From contig JBMOPM010000200.1 of the NCBI GenBank assembly GCA_049323575.1, positions 1 through 41,195 of the forward strand: a stretch of DNA of 41,195 nucleotides, written 5' to 3'. The DNA comes from Gemmatimonadota bacterium (GTDB lineage: Bacteria; Gemmatimonadota; Gemmatimonadetes; Gemmatimonadales; GWC2-71-9). The notes beneath the pieces were generated by a model. The model made no database searches. It was not told the origin of the DNA and saw only the letters and a program-made list of their open reading frames with translations. The position numbers and the translations under genes are program-made. This document shows positions 17,812 to 27,564 of the stretch, one piece after another. Within the stretch, counting starts at the first letter, position 1. Each line of letters begins with the position of its first letter.

Positions 17812-19215
17812 CTACTGCCGTTCCCGCCACGTCTCGAAGAACCCCCAGCCCGAATCGGCCACCATCCGGCCCGACAGCCGTCCCTCCAGCCGGAACCGCC
17901 CACGCATCTGACGGAAGGAGCGCCGGAAGCCACCGCTGCCGGTCCCGGTGGTGTGCGTGGAAAGCACGTCCACGCGCACCCGCACGGTGTCCCGATCCCG
18001 CGTGGCGGTGAAGGCGAATGACCGCGTGGATGGTACTTGATAAGTGATCCGCTCGAATCGCAAGACCTGGCGCACGCCGAGCGAGTCGGCGAGCCCGAGG
18101 AAGAGGGGCCGGGCGTCGTGCGCCCCGCTCGCGTCGGTGCGGGCCACGCCGCCGTAGAGCAGATCGAACGCGGTGCCCCGGCCCATGCCCCAATCCCACG
18201 TCACGTTGCGCCAGACGCCCCAGTTGTGATCGTGATAGGCCGGGGCGTCGATGACGTCGCGGCAGCGACCCGCCAGGCAGAATCGGCCGGTGGCCGTGGC
18301 CCTGAGGCCGGGCACGACATAGCCCGACACGAACTCATCGGAGGCCAGCTCCACCGGCGGAAAGAACCGATTGGGCGCCGGCATGACCTCGACCTCGAAC
18401 TCGAGGCCGGGCAACTTGCCATGGAGCGCGTAGCGACCGTCGCGCTGACGCACGGTGCTGGCGCCAAGGGTGACATCGGCGCTTGCGGTGTCGAACGTCA
18501 CCCGGGCCGCGGGCACCCGCGCGGCGAAACGCTCGTGGCGCCCATCGGGCCGACGATGGGTAACGAGGAGCTGGCCGCCCCATCCATCGTTCCCCATCGC
18601 TCCACCGATCAGCCAGGTGATGTGCCACCATTCCTCGGGACCGGCCACCACATTGAAGTAGTGCCACTCGCCCCAGGTCGAGTCGTCACGCGAGGGACGG
18701 TGGAAGCGATCCAGCTCGTCGTAGAGCTGTTGCCGCGTGGGCGTCACCCAGGCGGAGTCGGCCGGCGAATCGGCCCAGCGACCGGCGATCACCTCGAGGC
18801 CCGCCCCCACCGCCGCGGCCCGGCTCGGGATTTCACCACCCGCCCGCGCGGCGATGGTCCGGCCGTTGGCCGAGAGGTAGACCAGCTTGTTCTCGATCGC
18901 CGGCGCCACCGCCGCCACCTGCGCCGCGTGGCGAAGTCCCCCAAGCACCTGGCGCGCAATGAATCGGGCCCGATCGATGCCGAAGAACAGCGCGCCGACG
19001 CCGCCCGAGCGCATCGCCTCGATGTCGATGCCCTGCGGCAGGACGGTCACCTCGCCACCGCCCACCAGCGACACGTCCCGCGATTGGACCAGCATCGCTT
19101 CGCCGACGGACAGGAGCACGATCATCACGCCCACACCGATGGCGTAGCCCAGGAGGAGAAAGAGCGATCGGCGCTTGCGTACCACAAGGTGCCGGAAGGC
19201 GAGGGTGAAGAGCAT
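17812..19215 (-). CDS. MacB/LolC-type permease N-half fused to an AttH/CrtC-like lipocalin domain
   Basis: LAFRHLVVRKRRSLFLLLGYAIGVGVMIVLLS (permease TM1); later HRP, WGEWHYFN, SGYVVP, AYHDHNWG, WDW; no C-terminal permease helices. Confidence 0.75.
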   Translation of the reverse strand: MLFTLAFRHLVVRKRRSLFLLLGYAIGVGVMIVLLSVGEAMLVQSRDVSLVGGGEVTVLPQGIDIEAMRSGGVGALFFGIDRARFIARQVLGGLRHAAQVAAVAPAIENKLVYLSANGRTIAARAGGEIPSRAAAVGAGLEVIAGRWADSPADSAWVTPTRQQLYDELDRFHRPSRDDSTWGEWHYFNVVAGPEEWWHITWLIGGAMGNDGWGGQLLVTHRRPDGRHERFAARVPAARVTFDTASADVTLGASTVRQRDGRYALHGKLPGLEFEVEVMPAPNRFFPPVELASDEFVSGYVVPGLRATATGRFCLAGRCRDVIDAPAYHDHNWGVWRNVTWDWGMGRGTAFDLLYGGVARTDASGAHDARPLFLGLADSLGVRQVLRFERITYQVPSTRSFAFTATRDRDTVRVRVDVLSTHTTGTGSGGFRRSFRQMRGRFRLEGRLSGRMVADSGWGFFETWRERQ

Positions 19216-19219
19216 GAGA

Positions 19220-19942
19220 CTACGGACCCGTCGCCGGCACATGCTCCGACTCTGCCGCGACAGGCTCCGCTTCCGTGATCCGTCCGTCCAGCATCCGGAT
19301 GGTCCGTCGAGCCTCGGCGGCGAGGCGGTCGTCGTGGGTAACGACCACGAGCGTGGCGCCGTCGGCGTTGAGCCTGCGCAAGAGCGTCAGAATCTCCGCG
19401 CCGGTGGCCGCGTCGAGCTCACCCGTGGGTTCGTCGGCCAGCAGGAGCGCGGGCCGGTTGGCCAGGGCCCGGGCGATCGCCACCCGCTGCATCTCGCCGC
19501 CGGAAAGCTGCGTGGCCATGTGGTGCGCCCGATGCGCGAGACCCACGTACTCCAGCAGCTCGAGCGCGCGTCGCCGGCGATCCGCCGGCCGCACCCCCGC
19601 CTCGGCCATCGGCAATTCGACGTTTTCGCGCGCGGTGAGCACCGGCAGCAGGTGAAATCGCTGAAAGACGAACCCGAGCCTGAGCAGCCTGAGCCGGGTG
19701 AGTTCGCGATCGGGCAACGTGTCCACCCGGGTTCCCAGGATCTCCACCGAGCCCGAGGAGGGCGTATCGATGCCGCCGATCAGGTGGAGCAGGGTGGATT
19801 TGCCGCAGCCGGACGGCCCCACGATCGACACGTATTCGCCGGGCTCCACGCTCAGCGACACGCCGCGCAGCGCGTGCACCGTTTCCCCGTGGAGGTGGTA
19901 GTCCTTCCGCAGTTCGCGGCCCACCAGCACCGCGGTGCTCAC
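19220..19942 (-). CDS. ABC ATP-binding protein, LolD/MacB family
   Basis: C-terminal part of ORF 19220..21082 from GTG 19942: GPSGCGKS, GFVFQRFHLL, LSGGEMQRVAIARA, ADEPTGELD. Confidence 0.93.
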   Translation of the reverse strand: MSTAVLVGRELRKDYHLHGETVHALRGVSLSVEPGEYVSIVGPSGCGKSTLLHLIGGIDTPSSGSVEILGTRVDTLPDRELTRLRLLRLGFVFQRFHLLPVLTARENVELPMAEAGVRPADRRRRALELLEYVGLAHRAHHMATQLSGGEMQRVAIARALANRPALLLADEPTGELDAATGAEILTLLRRLNADGATLVVVTHDDRLAAEARRTIRMLDGRITEAEPVAAESEHVPATGP

Positions 19943-21129
19943 ATCGCCTCCGCGCGAAGCGTGGCGGCGATCGGGGCGCGCGCGGCGAGCCACGCGGGAT
20001 AGAGGCCCGCCAGCGCGCCCGTGCCCAGCAGCACGACCGCCGCCTTGGCGAGGGCCGGAGCGTGGGGGACGAAGAACGAGAAATCGGCCGGCAGCCCGGG
20101 AAAGCTCGTGAGGATCGCGTCGAGGTAGCGGGCAGTCACCAGCCCGAGCAGCACGCCGAGAACGCCGCCGAGGAGTGTCAGCACGGTTCCCTCCGCCAGC
20201 ACCTGCCGCACGATGCGGGAACGGCCGATGCCGAGGGCGCGGAGCGTGGCGATCTCGCCCAGCCGTTCGGTGACCGTGACCGTGAGGAGCGTGGCGACGA
20301 GCAGCACGGTGACCACCAGGCTCAACGTGCCGAGAATGGCGGCGAGCTGCCGGAAGTAGATGAGGCGGGCACGAAACTGCGCCGCGAGGCCCGCGAGGCT
20401 GTTGACCTCGAGTGCCGGATACGCCCGCGCCAGGCGCGCCGCGAGCGAGTCGGCCCGCGCGTCGTCCCGGGCCCGGACCATCACGGCGGACGCGCGGTCC
20501 CCTGCCGCCTGGCCCGCGAGCCGCTGCATCACGCGGAGCGTCGTGCCGACCGAGGCCTGGGCTTCGGGATCGTAGAGCCAGCGGACCAGGCCCCGCACCA
20601 CCAGTCGCCGCTCGATGCCCGCCGATGCGAGTTGCGGGTCCAGCCGGCCCACCAGTGTCACCGTGTCCCCAACGCCCGCACCCGTCGCCGCCGCCGCCGG
20701 CTGGCTGAGCAGCAGACCGAGGGTATCTGCCGGCGCGAGATCTGCCCCCGCCTGCAGCTCGTACAATCCCTGGTCGGACGGGTCGATGCCGTAGCCCGTG
20801 AGCGGAACCAGCGCATCGCCCCGCCGGGTGAAGACCGACGCGGCGAGGACGGGCTCTGCGCCCGACACCGCGGGATCGGCCCGGAGCCGCGCGACCAGCG
20901 TAGTCACGTCGCCGATGGTGGCCTCGGTGTCGAATGGGAGCGTGCCCTTGGGGCTGATGCGGATCTGGTAGCCCCGCTCGAGCTGCAGGCGCGCGAACGA
21001 TCCCTCGAGGCTGCCGGCCAGCATCACCATGTCCAGCAGCATCGCCCCGGCGACGGCGATACCGAGCACCGACAGCGCGCACCGCAGCGGATGGCGCCGC
21101 AGGTTCCGGATCCCCCAGGCGAGCGGCAT
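19939..21129 (-). CDS. complete MacB/LolC/FtsX-type ABC permease
   Basis: C-terminal part of ORF 19939..22692 from ATG 21129: RNLRRHPLR-TM1, GVGDTVTL, ERLGEIATLRALG, LYPAWLAAR. Confidence 0.9.
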   Translation of the reverse strand: MPLAWGIRNLRRHPLRCALSVLGIAVAGAMLLDMVMLAGSLEGSFARLQLERGYQIRISPKGTLPFDTEATIGDVTTLVARLRADPAVSGAEPVLAASVFTRRGDALVPLTGYGIDPSDQGLYELQAGADLAPADTLGLLLSQPAAAATGAGVGDTVTLVGRLDPQLASAGIERRLVVRGLVRWLYDPEAQASVGTTLRVMQRLAGQAAGDRASAVMVRARDDARADSLAARLARAYPALEVNSLAGLAAQFRARLIYFRQLAAILGTLSLVVTVLLVATLLTVTVTERLGEIATLRALGIGRSRIVRQVLAEGTVLTLLGGVLGVLLGLVTARYLDAILTSFPGLPADFSFFVPHAPALAKAAVVLLGTGALAGLYPAWLAARAPIAATLRAEAM

Positions 21130-22010
21130 CAGCCCCGGCGCCACAGCACGAGCGGCCGCGTGCGCACCAGCCGCCACGCCGCGAGGCTGCCGGCGCCCAG
21201 GCCGAGAAGCAACGACAGGCTCAGGCTGAAGGCCAGCATGCCGGGCGTGATCAGGGAAAACACGAGCTGCGTGTCGAACATATGCTGGTAACAGGCGTTG
21301 ATGACGGTCTGGGCGAGCCATGCGATGCCCGCGCCGAGTACCGATCCCGCGCCCGCAACGAAGCAGGCCTCGAGCAGGAGGCTCAGGACGATCGTGCGGC
21401 GGCGGACACCGGTGAACCGCATGACCGCCGCGTCCAGCCGCCGCTCCTCCACCTTGAGCAGCATGATGCAGAACAGAAACACCGAGCTGGCCACCGTCGA
21501 GATGACGGCGATGGCGCGATGGAACCGGCTCACCACCGCGAATGTCCGGGACGAGCGAGCCGCGATCTCGCCCGAACGGTAGGCCTGGAAGCCGAAGGCC
21601 AGCTCGTTGAACGCCGCCGCGACGCTGTCCGCACCGGCGCCGCGCCGCAGTGCCACCCCGAAACGGTCCACCCGGTCCGGCGCGCCGAGCAGGGCGGCGA
21701 GGTCCGGCAGGTGAAATCGGGCGTGGTAATCGCGACGGAGGATCGTGGCGGGATCGGCCCTGGGCTCGTAGATCGCCGCGACGATGGCGTCCGCGCGGAG
21801 CGAGTCGGGCGCGGCGCCGAGCCGGACGATGTCCCCGACGCGCACACCGAGCGCCTCGGCGAGGCGGCGCTCCACCGCGACCGGCACGGCCGGCGGCTGA
21901 TACGCCGGCACCGGAGCGGCGCCGGCCAGCGCGAACGCGAGCCGGCCCGCGGTTGGGTAAGTTGCAAGCACCGCGAGCAGGTACCCTTTGATCGAGCGTG
22001 GGTTCCCCAT
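21129..22010 (-). CDS. MacB/LolC-type permease C-half (lacks TM1); start may be GTG 21971
   Basis: LAEALGVRVGDIVRL, EERRLDAAVMRFTG, three C-terminal TMs; N-terminus is signal-peptide-like rather than RNL..R-TM1. Confidence 0.8.
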   Translation of the reverse strand: MGNPRSIKGYLLAVLATYPTAGRLAFALAGAAPVPAYQPPAVPVAVERRLAEALGVRVGDIVRLGAAPDSLRADAIVAAIYEPRADPATILRRDYHARFHLPDLAALLGAPDRVDRFGVALRRGAGADSVAAAFNELAFGFQAYRSGEIAARSSRTFAVVSRFHRAIAVISTVASSVFLFCIMLLKVEERRLDAAVMRFTGVRRRTIVLSLLLEACFVAGAGSVLGAGIAWLAQTVINACYQHMFDTQLVFSLITPGMLAFSLSLSLLLGLGAGSLAAWRLVRTRPLVLWRRG

Positions 22011-22917
22011 GTCCCTCCCCGTCATCATCGACACCGATCCGGGCATCGACGACTGCCTCGCCATCCTGCTGGCTCTGGCCTCGCCCGAAGTCGATGTGCG
22101 CGCGCTGACGATCGTCTACGGCAATACCACGCTCGCGAACGCGACGCGCAACGCGCGGGAGATCGCGCGGCGAGCCCGGAGCGACGTGGCCATCCACCCG
22201 GGCGCGGATCGCCCGCTCGAGCGCCCGCTGGAGATCGCCGCGGAGACACACGGCGAATCGGGCCTGGGCTACGCGGCGGTTCCCGCGGCGACGCGGGTGA
22301 CGCCCAATCCGCTCGCGCTGCTCGAGGCGCTGGAGCATGAGCGCCGGCCCGTCACGCTGGTCAGCCTCGGGCCCCTCACCAACCTGGCGCTGGCGCTGCG
22401 CCACGACGCCGCCCTCGTGCGCGACCGGCTCGCGGCACATGTCGCCATGGCCGGCAATCTCCGCACGGCGGGCAATACCACGCGCTACAGCGAGTTTAAC
22501 GTCTGGTGCGATCCGGAGGCGGCCGCCGAGGTCCACGCCGCCGGGCTGGGCACCGCGTGGGTGGGGTTGGACGTCACGCGGCGCGTCGTGCTCGACGCGC
22601 ATGAGGTCGAGGCGCTGGGCAGCGGCGAACCCGAGGAGCATCGCTCCTGGCTCCGCGATGCGCTGCGGTTCTACGTGGACTTTCACCGCCACCGGGAAGG
22701 GCTGGACGGATGCGTCGTCAACGATCCGCTGCTCATCGCGGGGCTCATCCGGCCCGGCATCATCCGCTATGCCGACGTGCCGATGCGCGTTCGCCTCGCG
22801 GACGATGACGAGCGCGGCCGCACGGCGATGGACGCCACCGGCCCCGCCGCGCGGTGCGCCGTCGACGTCGATGCGGCGGCGGCGCTCGACCTGCTGCGGG
22901 AGCGCGTGTTCTCATGA
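22009..22917 (+). CDS. nucleoside hydrolase (IUNH family)
   Basis: IIDTDPGIDD, HGESGLG, LGPLTNLA, SEFNVWCDPEAA, VGLDVT. Confidence 0.92.
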   Translation: MSLPVIIDTDPGIDDCLAILLALASPEVDVRALTIVYGNTTLANATRNAREIARRARSDVAIHPGADRPLERPLEIAAETHGESGLGYAAVPAATRVTPNPLALLEALEHERRPVTLVSLGPLTNLALALRHDAALVRDRLAAHVAMAGNLRTAGNTTRYSEFNVWCDPEAAAEVHAAGLGTAWVGLDVTRRVVLDAHEVEALGSGEPEEHRSWLRDALRFYVDFHRHREGLDGCVVNDPLLIAGLIRPGIIRYADVPMRVRLADDDERGRTAMDATGPAARCAVDVDAAAALDLLRERVFS

Positions 22918-23870
22918 TCCGCTCGGAAGTCGTGGTCATCGGCGCCGGCGAGATCGGACGCGGCTGGGCGACCCTGGCGGCCGCCCGGGGGCTCGCCGTG
23001 GTGCTCCACGACGTCGACCCGCGGGCGCTCAAGTGGGCGCGGCACGACGTGGCTGCCCGGGTCGAGCGGCTGGTGTCGCTCGGGCGGGCGGCACCGGCGT
23101 CCGCCGGCGAGGGCCTCACGAACCTGCGTACCACATCCGACCTGGCTGATGCCGTGGTCCAGGCCACGCGGGTCGTCGAGGCCACGCCCGAGGAACTGAC
23201 GCCGAAGCGCGAGCTCTTTGCCCGCGTGGAGGCACTGGCTCCCGCCGACGCGCTGCTGCTGAGCAGTTCGAGCGGCTTCCATGCCAGCCGGCTGGGCGCG
23301 CTCATGCGCCGCCCTGAACGCCTCGTCGTGGCACATCCGCTCCATCCGGTGGAGCTGATACCGGTGGTCGAGGTCGTCCCCGGCCCCATGACGGATCAGG
23401 CGCTCGTCCGCCAGACCGTGGAGTTCCTGGAGCGGCTGGGCCAGCTCCCGATCGTGCTGCGCAAGGAGATCGAGGGAAACGCGGTGGGACGCATCACCGC
23501 CGCGGTCTGGCGCGAGGCCATCCACCTCGTGCTGGACGGGGTGCTCGACCCGGGCGAGCTCGACCGGCTCGTCGCCAGCGGCCCCGCCCTCGGCTGGGCG
23601 GCGGCGGGACCGCATCTCACCTATCACCTCGCCGCCAGCGACGCCGGCATCCGCGGCTTCCTCGACCACCTGCTGCCGACCTTCGAGCAGTGGTGGAAAG
23701 CGCTGGCCGGGTGGGACACGCTGTCGGAGGCGGGACGCGAGGAGCTGATCCGGCGGATCGAAGGAGACTACGGGAAGGACATCAAAAGGCTGGCGGAGGA
23801 GCGGGACCGCGTACTGGGGAAGGTGGGGAACAAGGTGAACGAACTGCGCGACCGCGGGCGGGAACAGTAG
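22914..23870 (+). CDS. 3-hydroxyacyl-CoA dehydrogenase family (L-carnitine/L-gulonate dehydrogenase-like)
   Basis: IGAGEIGRGWA, EATPE..K, SSSSG, AHPLHPVELIPVVEVV, KEIEG, WREAIHLV. Confidence 0.88.
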   Translation: MIRSEVVVIGAGEIGRGWATLAAARGLAVVLHDVDPRALKWARHDVAARVERLVSLGRAAPASAGEGLTNLRTTSDLADAVVQATRVVEATPEELTPKRELFARVEALAPADALLLSSSSGFHASRLGALMRRPERLVVAHPLHPVELIPVVEVVPGPMTDQALVRQTVEFLERLGQLPIVLRKEIEGNAVGRITAAVWREAIHLVLDGVLDPGELDRLVASGPALGWAAAGPHLTYHLAASDAGIRGFLDHLLPTFEQWWKALAGWDTLSEAGREELIRRIEGDYGKDIKRLAEERDRVLGKVGNKVNELRDRGREQ

Positions 23871-23906
23871 GTCCTGCGCGGTGAGCGGAGCGCGCACGAA
23901 CGGCCG

Positions 23907-26135
23907 CTAGAAGTCGACCCCGACCCGTACGGCCATATGCCGCCCCATCTCGTAGGCGAAGCCCTTGAAGCGGTTGAGGTGGCGGGCGAAATGGGCATTC
24001 CCGGCGTTGCGCACCGCGAGATCCAGCGTCAGCCGGCGCGGACCCGCGTCCCACGCGAACCCGCTTTCGACATCCACCCTCGTCCATCCCGGCGGCGCCA
24101 CCTCGGCGGGATCCACCCTCGACTGCCTCGCTGCCGTCTCGCCCTTCACGCCGAAGAAGGCAGTGACCGCGCGCGCGGGAGCGAGGTCCACCAGCCGAAT
24201 CCCGTACAGGACGCGCAGCGGCGGCATCCACGGCAACGGGATACCGAGCGACCGATTGGTGCCGCGCACGAAGTCGCCGCCGGCGGTGAGCTGGAGGTGA
24301 TGGCGCGGCCGCCATTCGGCCGAGGCCTCGAAGCCCGTGAGCAGCGCGTCGCCCTGGGCGAACTGGAAGATCTCGAAGCCGCTCCGCGGCTCACGGGCTC
24401 CGGTCGGGCGATAGTAGATGTATCCGCTGATGGCGTTGCGGAAGACGTTCGCGTCCATCCGGAGCGAGCCGGTCTGCACCCGCACGCCGAGATCGACGTT
24501 GAGCGATGTTTCGACCCCCAGCTCCGGATTGCCGAGCTCGTAGGCCAGCGTGCCCTGATGGACGCCGTTGGCGAAGAGTTCCGGGGCCTGCGGCGCCCGG
24601 AACCCGCGCCCCACGTTGGCGACCACTGCCACTGCCTCGCTGGCATGCCAGACCAGCCCCACGTTGCCTGACAACGCCGTCCAGTCCCGCTGCTGCGCTA
24701 CCACGCCAAGGGCGTCGTCACGCTTCACCGTGAGCACGCGGCGGTCGGCCCGCAGACCCAAGGCCAGGTCGAGCGCTCCCACCCGCACCTGCTCGAAGCC
24801 ATACACGCCCACATTCCACCAGCGATAGTCCGGCAGGAAGGGCACGCGGCCGAACCCGCCGAACCACAGCCCCGTGGCCGAGAGGCCGATCGCCCCCTCG
24901 GCGGCACCTAGCGGTGCGTGGAACAATCGCGCGTCCAGCGTGACCGTGCGGGCGAGGAGCCCCGTGGTGGGTTCCGGGGCGCCTTCCGCCGCGAACTCGC
25001 TGCGCCGGTTCGCCTGGAAGCCCGCGCCGAGTTCCAGGCGATGTTCGCCCAGCGGCAGGCGCACGTCGCCGTGCAGGCGATCCGTCACGATGTCCTGGTA
25101 CCCGCTGAACGTGGAGTCGATGCGCGGATCCTCGGCGATGCGCGGCCGCTCCCGCTTTTTCATGTAGAGGAGCTGCGCGCTGCCCCACGCGCCTCGAGAA
25201 CCCACCGTCGCCGAACCGCCGTACATGCCATAGCCGCTGTTCGGCAGCCGACCGGTCGGCATGCGGAGATCGTCACCCAGTTGGCCGGCCAGCGCGGCAC
25301 GCCAGCCGAACCCGCCCGAGGCACCCTCCAGGGCGAGACTGCCGTCGGTCGCGCCGTTGTTGGATACGTAGCCGGCGAGCAGCCGGCCGCGGACGAACCC
25401 CGCCTGGCCGATGGCGTCGGGGACGGCACGCGGTACCACGTTGACCACTCCGCCAATGGCGTCCGAGCCGTAGAGCACGCTCGCGGGACCGCGCACGATC
25501 TCGACCGCGGCCGCGTCCGCCAGCTCGAGGTTCGGCGCATGGTCCTCGCCCCATTGCTGGAACTCCTGGCGCTGGCCGTCGGCCACCACCAGAACGCGGT
25601 TGCCGGTGAGGCCGCGCACCACCGGCCGGCCGAGGGCGGGGCCCAGGCTCTGGCTGTTCACGCCCGGCATGCCCTGCACGGTCTCGCCGAGCGAGGGCGC
25701 CAGCGCGGCGCGCAGGGCTTCGGTGCCAAGCGTTGCGGTGGACTGCGGGGCGTCCATCGTCGAGGTGGGGAGAGCGGAGGCGGAAACCTGCAGCGCGGGC
25801 AGCTCGATCATCGTTGGCTTCATCCGGACTTCGAGCACCAGGGGCTCGCGGCCCAGCCGCACCCGGCGGGTCACCGGCTCGAACCCGACCCGCGCCACGG
25901 CCACGCGATAGGTGCCCTCGGCGAGCCCCGTCATGCGCCAGCGGCCCGCCACGTCGGACGCGGTGCTCCGACCGGCCTCCAGCACCGTGATCCTGGCCTC
26001 GGCGATGGGCGCGCCGGCCGTGTCGGTCACCCGCCCGATGAGCGCTGCGGACTGCGCCGCGAGCGGAGACGCGAGCAGCGTCAGGCAGATGGCGCCGAGC
26101 CGTACCACCCGCGTCCGTGACCGATGGTCGTTCAT
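23907..26135 (-). CDS. TonB-dependent receptor with N-terminal carboxypeptidase-regulatory-like domain, probably for metal uptake
   Basis: Signal peptide, GRVTD, plug GRPVVRGL..NRV, EIVRGPASVLYGSDAIGGVVN, GFRAP..ELFANGVH, C-terminal F. Confidence 0.93.
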   Translation of the reverse strand: MNDHRSRTRVVRLGAICLTLLASPLAAQSAALIGRVTDTAGAPIAEARITVLEAGRSTASDVAGRWRMTGLAEGTYRVAVARVGFEPVTRRVRLGREPLVLEVRMKPTMIELPALQVSASALPTSTMDAPQSTATLGTEALRAALAPSLGETVQGMPGVNSQSLGPALGRPVVRGLTGNRVLVVADGQRQEFQQWGEDHAPNLELADAAAVEIVRGPASVLYGSDAIGGVVNVVPRAVPDAIGQAGFVRGRLLAGYVSNNGATDGSLALEGASGGFGWRAALAGQLGDDLRMPTGRLPNSGYGMYGGSATVGSRGAWGSAQLLYMKKRERPRIAEDPRIDSTFSGYQDIVTDRLHGDVRLPLGEHRLELGAGFQANRRSEFAAEGAPEPTTGLLARTVTLDARLFHAPLGAAEGAIGLSATGLWFGGFGRVPFLPDYRWWNVGVYGFEQVRVGALDLALGLRADRRVLTVKRDDALGVVAQQRDWTALSGNVGLVWHASEAVAVVANVGRGFRAPQAPELFANGVHQGTLAYELGNPELGVETSLNVDLGVRVQTGSLRMDANVFRNAISGYIYYRPTGAREPRSGFEIFQFAQGDALLTGFEASAEWRPRHHLQLTAGGDFVRGTNRSLGIPLPWMPPLRVLYGIRLVDLAPARAVTAFFGVKGETAARQSRVDPAEVAPPGWTRVDVESGFAWDAGPRRLTLDLAVRNAGNAHFARHLNRFKGFAYEMGRHMAVRVGVDF

Positions 26136-26196
26136 CGCCCGCGAGGGGCGCTTCGGCGTGGTGCGTTCGCACCCGGTCCCGCGGCCACGACGCGTT

Positions 26197-27564
26197 TCAG
26201 CTCAGCCATTCCCGGACGGTCCCCACCAGCAGCCATCCGTTGAGTCCCGCGATCACCAGCGCCACGCCCCACGCCACCACCTTGAGCACGGGCCCGTTGG
26301 CGAAGCGCCCCATCTTGGCGCGCTCGCTGGTGAACTGCACCAGCGGCACCACCGCGAACGACAGTTGGAGGCTCAGGATCACCTGGCTCAGGATCAGCAA
26401 GGCGCCCGTGCCCCGCTCGCCGTACAGCGCGGTCACTACCACGGCCGGCACGATCGCGATGAGCCGGGTGATGAGCCGCCGCAGCCAGGCCGGCAGGCGG
26501 AGGTCAAGGAACCCCTCCATGACGATCTGCCCGGCCAGGGTCCCGGTGATCGTGGAGTTCTGGCCCGAAGCCAGCAGCGCGACCGCGAAGAGGACGCTGG
26601 CCATCGTGGTGCCGAGCAGCGGCGCGAGCAGCCGGTGCGCGTCCATGATGTCCGCCACCCCGGTATTGCCCGAGGCGTGGAACGTCGAGGCCGAGACGAT
26701 GAGAATGGCGGCGTTGACGAAGAAGGCCAGCAGGAGTGCGATGGTCGAGTCGATCGTCGCATAGCGCACCGCCTCCCGCTTGGCCTGCTCGGTGGGGAGC
26801 ACGTGACGGGTCTGCACGATCGAGGAGTGGAGATAGAGGTTGTGCGGCATCACCGTGGCGCCGAGGATGCCGATCGCGATGTACAGCATCGCGGGGTTGG
26901 TGACGATCTCCGTGCGGGGGATCAGGCCTCCGGCGATGGCAGCGATCGACGGCCGGGCCAGCAGAAGCTCGATGGCGAAGCAGATGCCCACTGTGGCGAC
27001 CAGCGATATCACCACCGCCTCCAGCAGACGGAACCCCCGGTGCTGGAGCACCAGGATGAGGAGCACGTCGAACGCCGTGAGGCACACGCCCCAAAGGAGC
27101 GGAATCCCGAAGAGCAGGTTGAGCGCGATCGCCGAGCCGATCACTTCCGCGAGATCGCACGCAGCGATCGCCACCTCGCACAGCACCCAGAGCGCAAAGC
27201 TCACCGGCCGGCTGTAGTGGTCGCGGCAGGCCTGCGCCAGGTCCCGCCCGGTCACGACCCCGAGCTTGACGGCCAGCGCCTGCAGCAGGATCGCCATCAG
27301 GTTGGACAGCAGGATGACGCTCAGCAGCGTGTAGCCGAAGCGCGCCCCGCCCGCGAGATCCGTCGCCCAGTTGCCGGGGTCCATGTAGCCCACGGCCACC
27401 ATGTAGCCCGGCCCGGCGAACGCCAGCGCCTTCCGCCACACGCTGCCCTTGGCCGGGACCGAGACGGTCTGGTATGACTCGGGCAGCGTCGGGCGCGTGC
27501 GACGGAAGCGCCAGCCCGCCGTCGGGGTGAAGGTCTCGATCGGAGGTGTCGATGCGGCACTCAC
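26197..27564 (-). CDS. mntH: Nramp family Mn2+/H+ symporter
   Basis: [51 protein letters not shown]; GTG start overlaps the regulator stop. Confidence 0.96.
   Translation of the reverse strand: MSAASTPPIETFTPTAGWRFRRTRPTLPESYQTVSVPAKGSVWRKALAFAGPGYMVAVGYMDPGNWATDLAGGARFGYTLLSVILLSNLMAILLQALAVKLGVVTGRDLAQACRDHYSRPVSFALWVLCEVAIAACDLAEVIGSAIALNLLFGIPLLWGVCLTAFDVLLILVLQHRGFRLLEAVVISLVATVGICFAIELLLARPSIAAIAGGLIPRTEIVTNPAMLYIAIGILGATVMPHNLYLHSSIVQTRHVLPTEQAKREAVRYATIDSTIALLLAFFVNAAILIVSASTFHASGNTGVADIMDAHRLLAPLLGTTMASVLFAVALLASGQNSTITGTLAGQIVMEGFLDLRLPAWLRRLITRLIAIVPAVVVTALYGERGTGALLILSQVILSLQLSFAVVPLVQFTSERAKMGRFANGPVLKVVAWGVALVIAGLNGWLLVGTVREWLS

Noticed and set aside
19220-22692. 620-aa and 917-aa ORFs as giant ABC fusion proteins
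   Set aside because: Their N-terminal parts are off-frame or antisense read-through of neighbouring genes; real starts at 19942 and 21129 overlap upstream stops.
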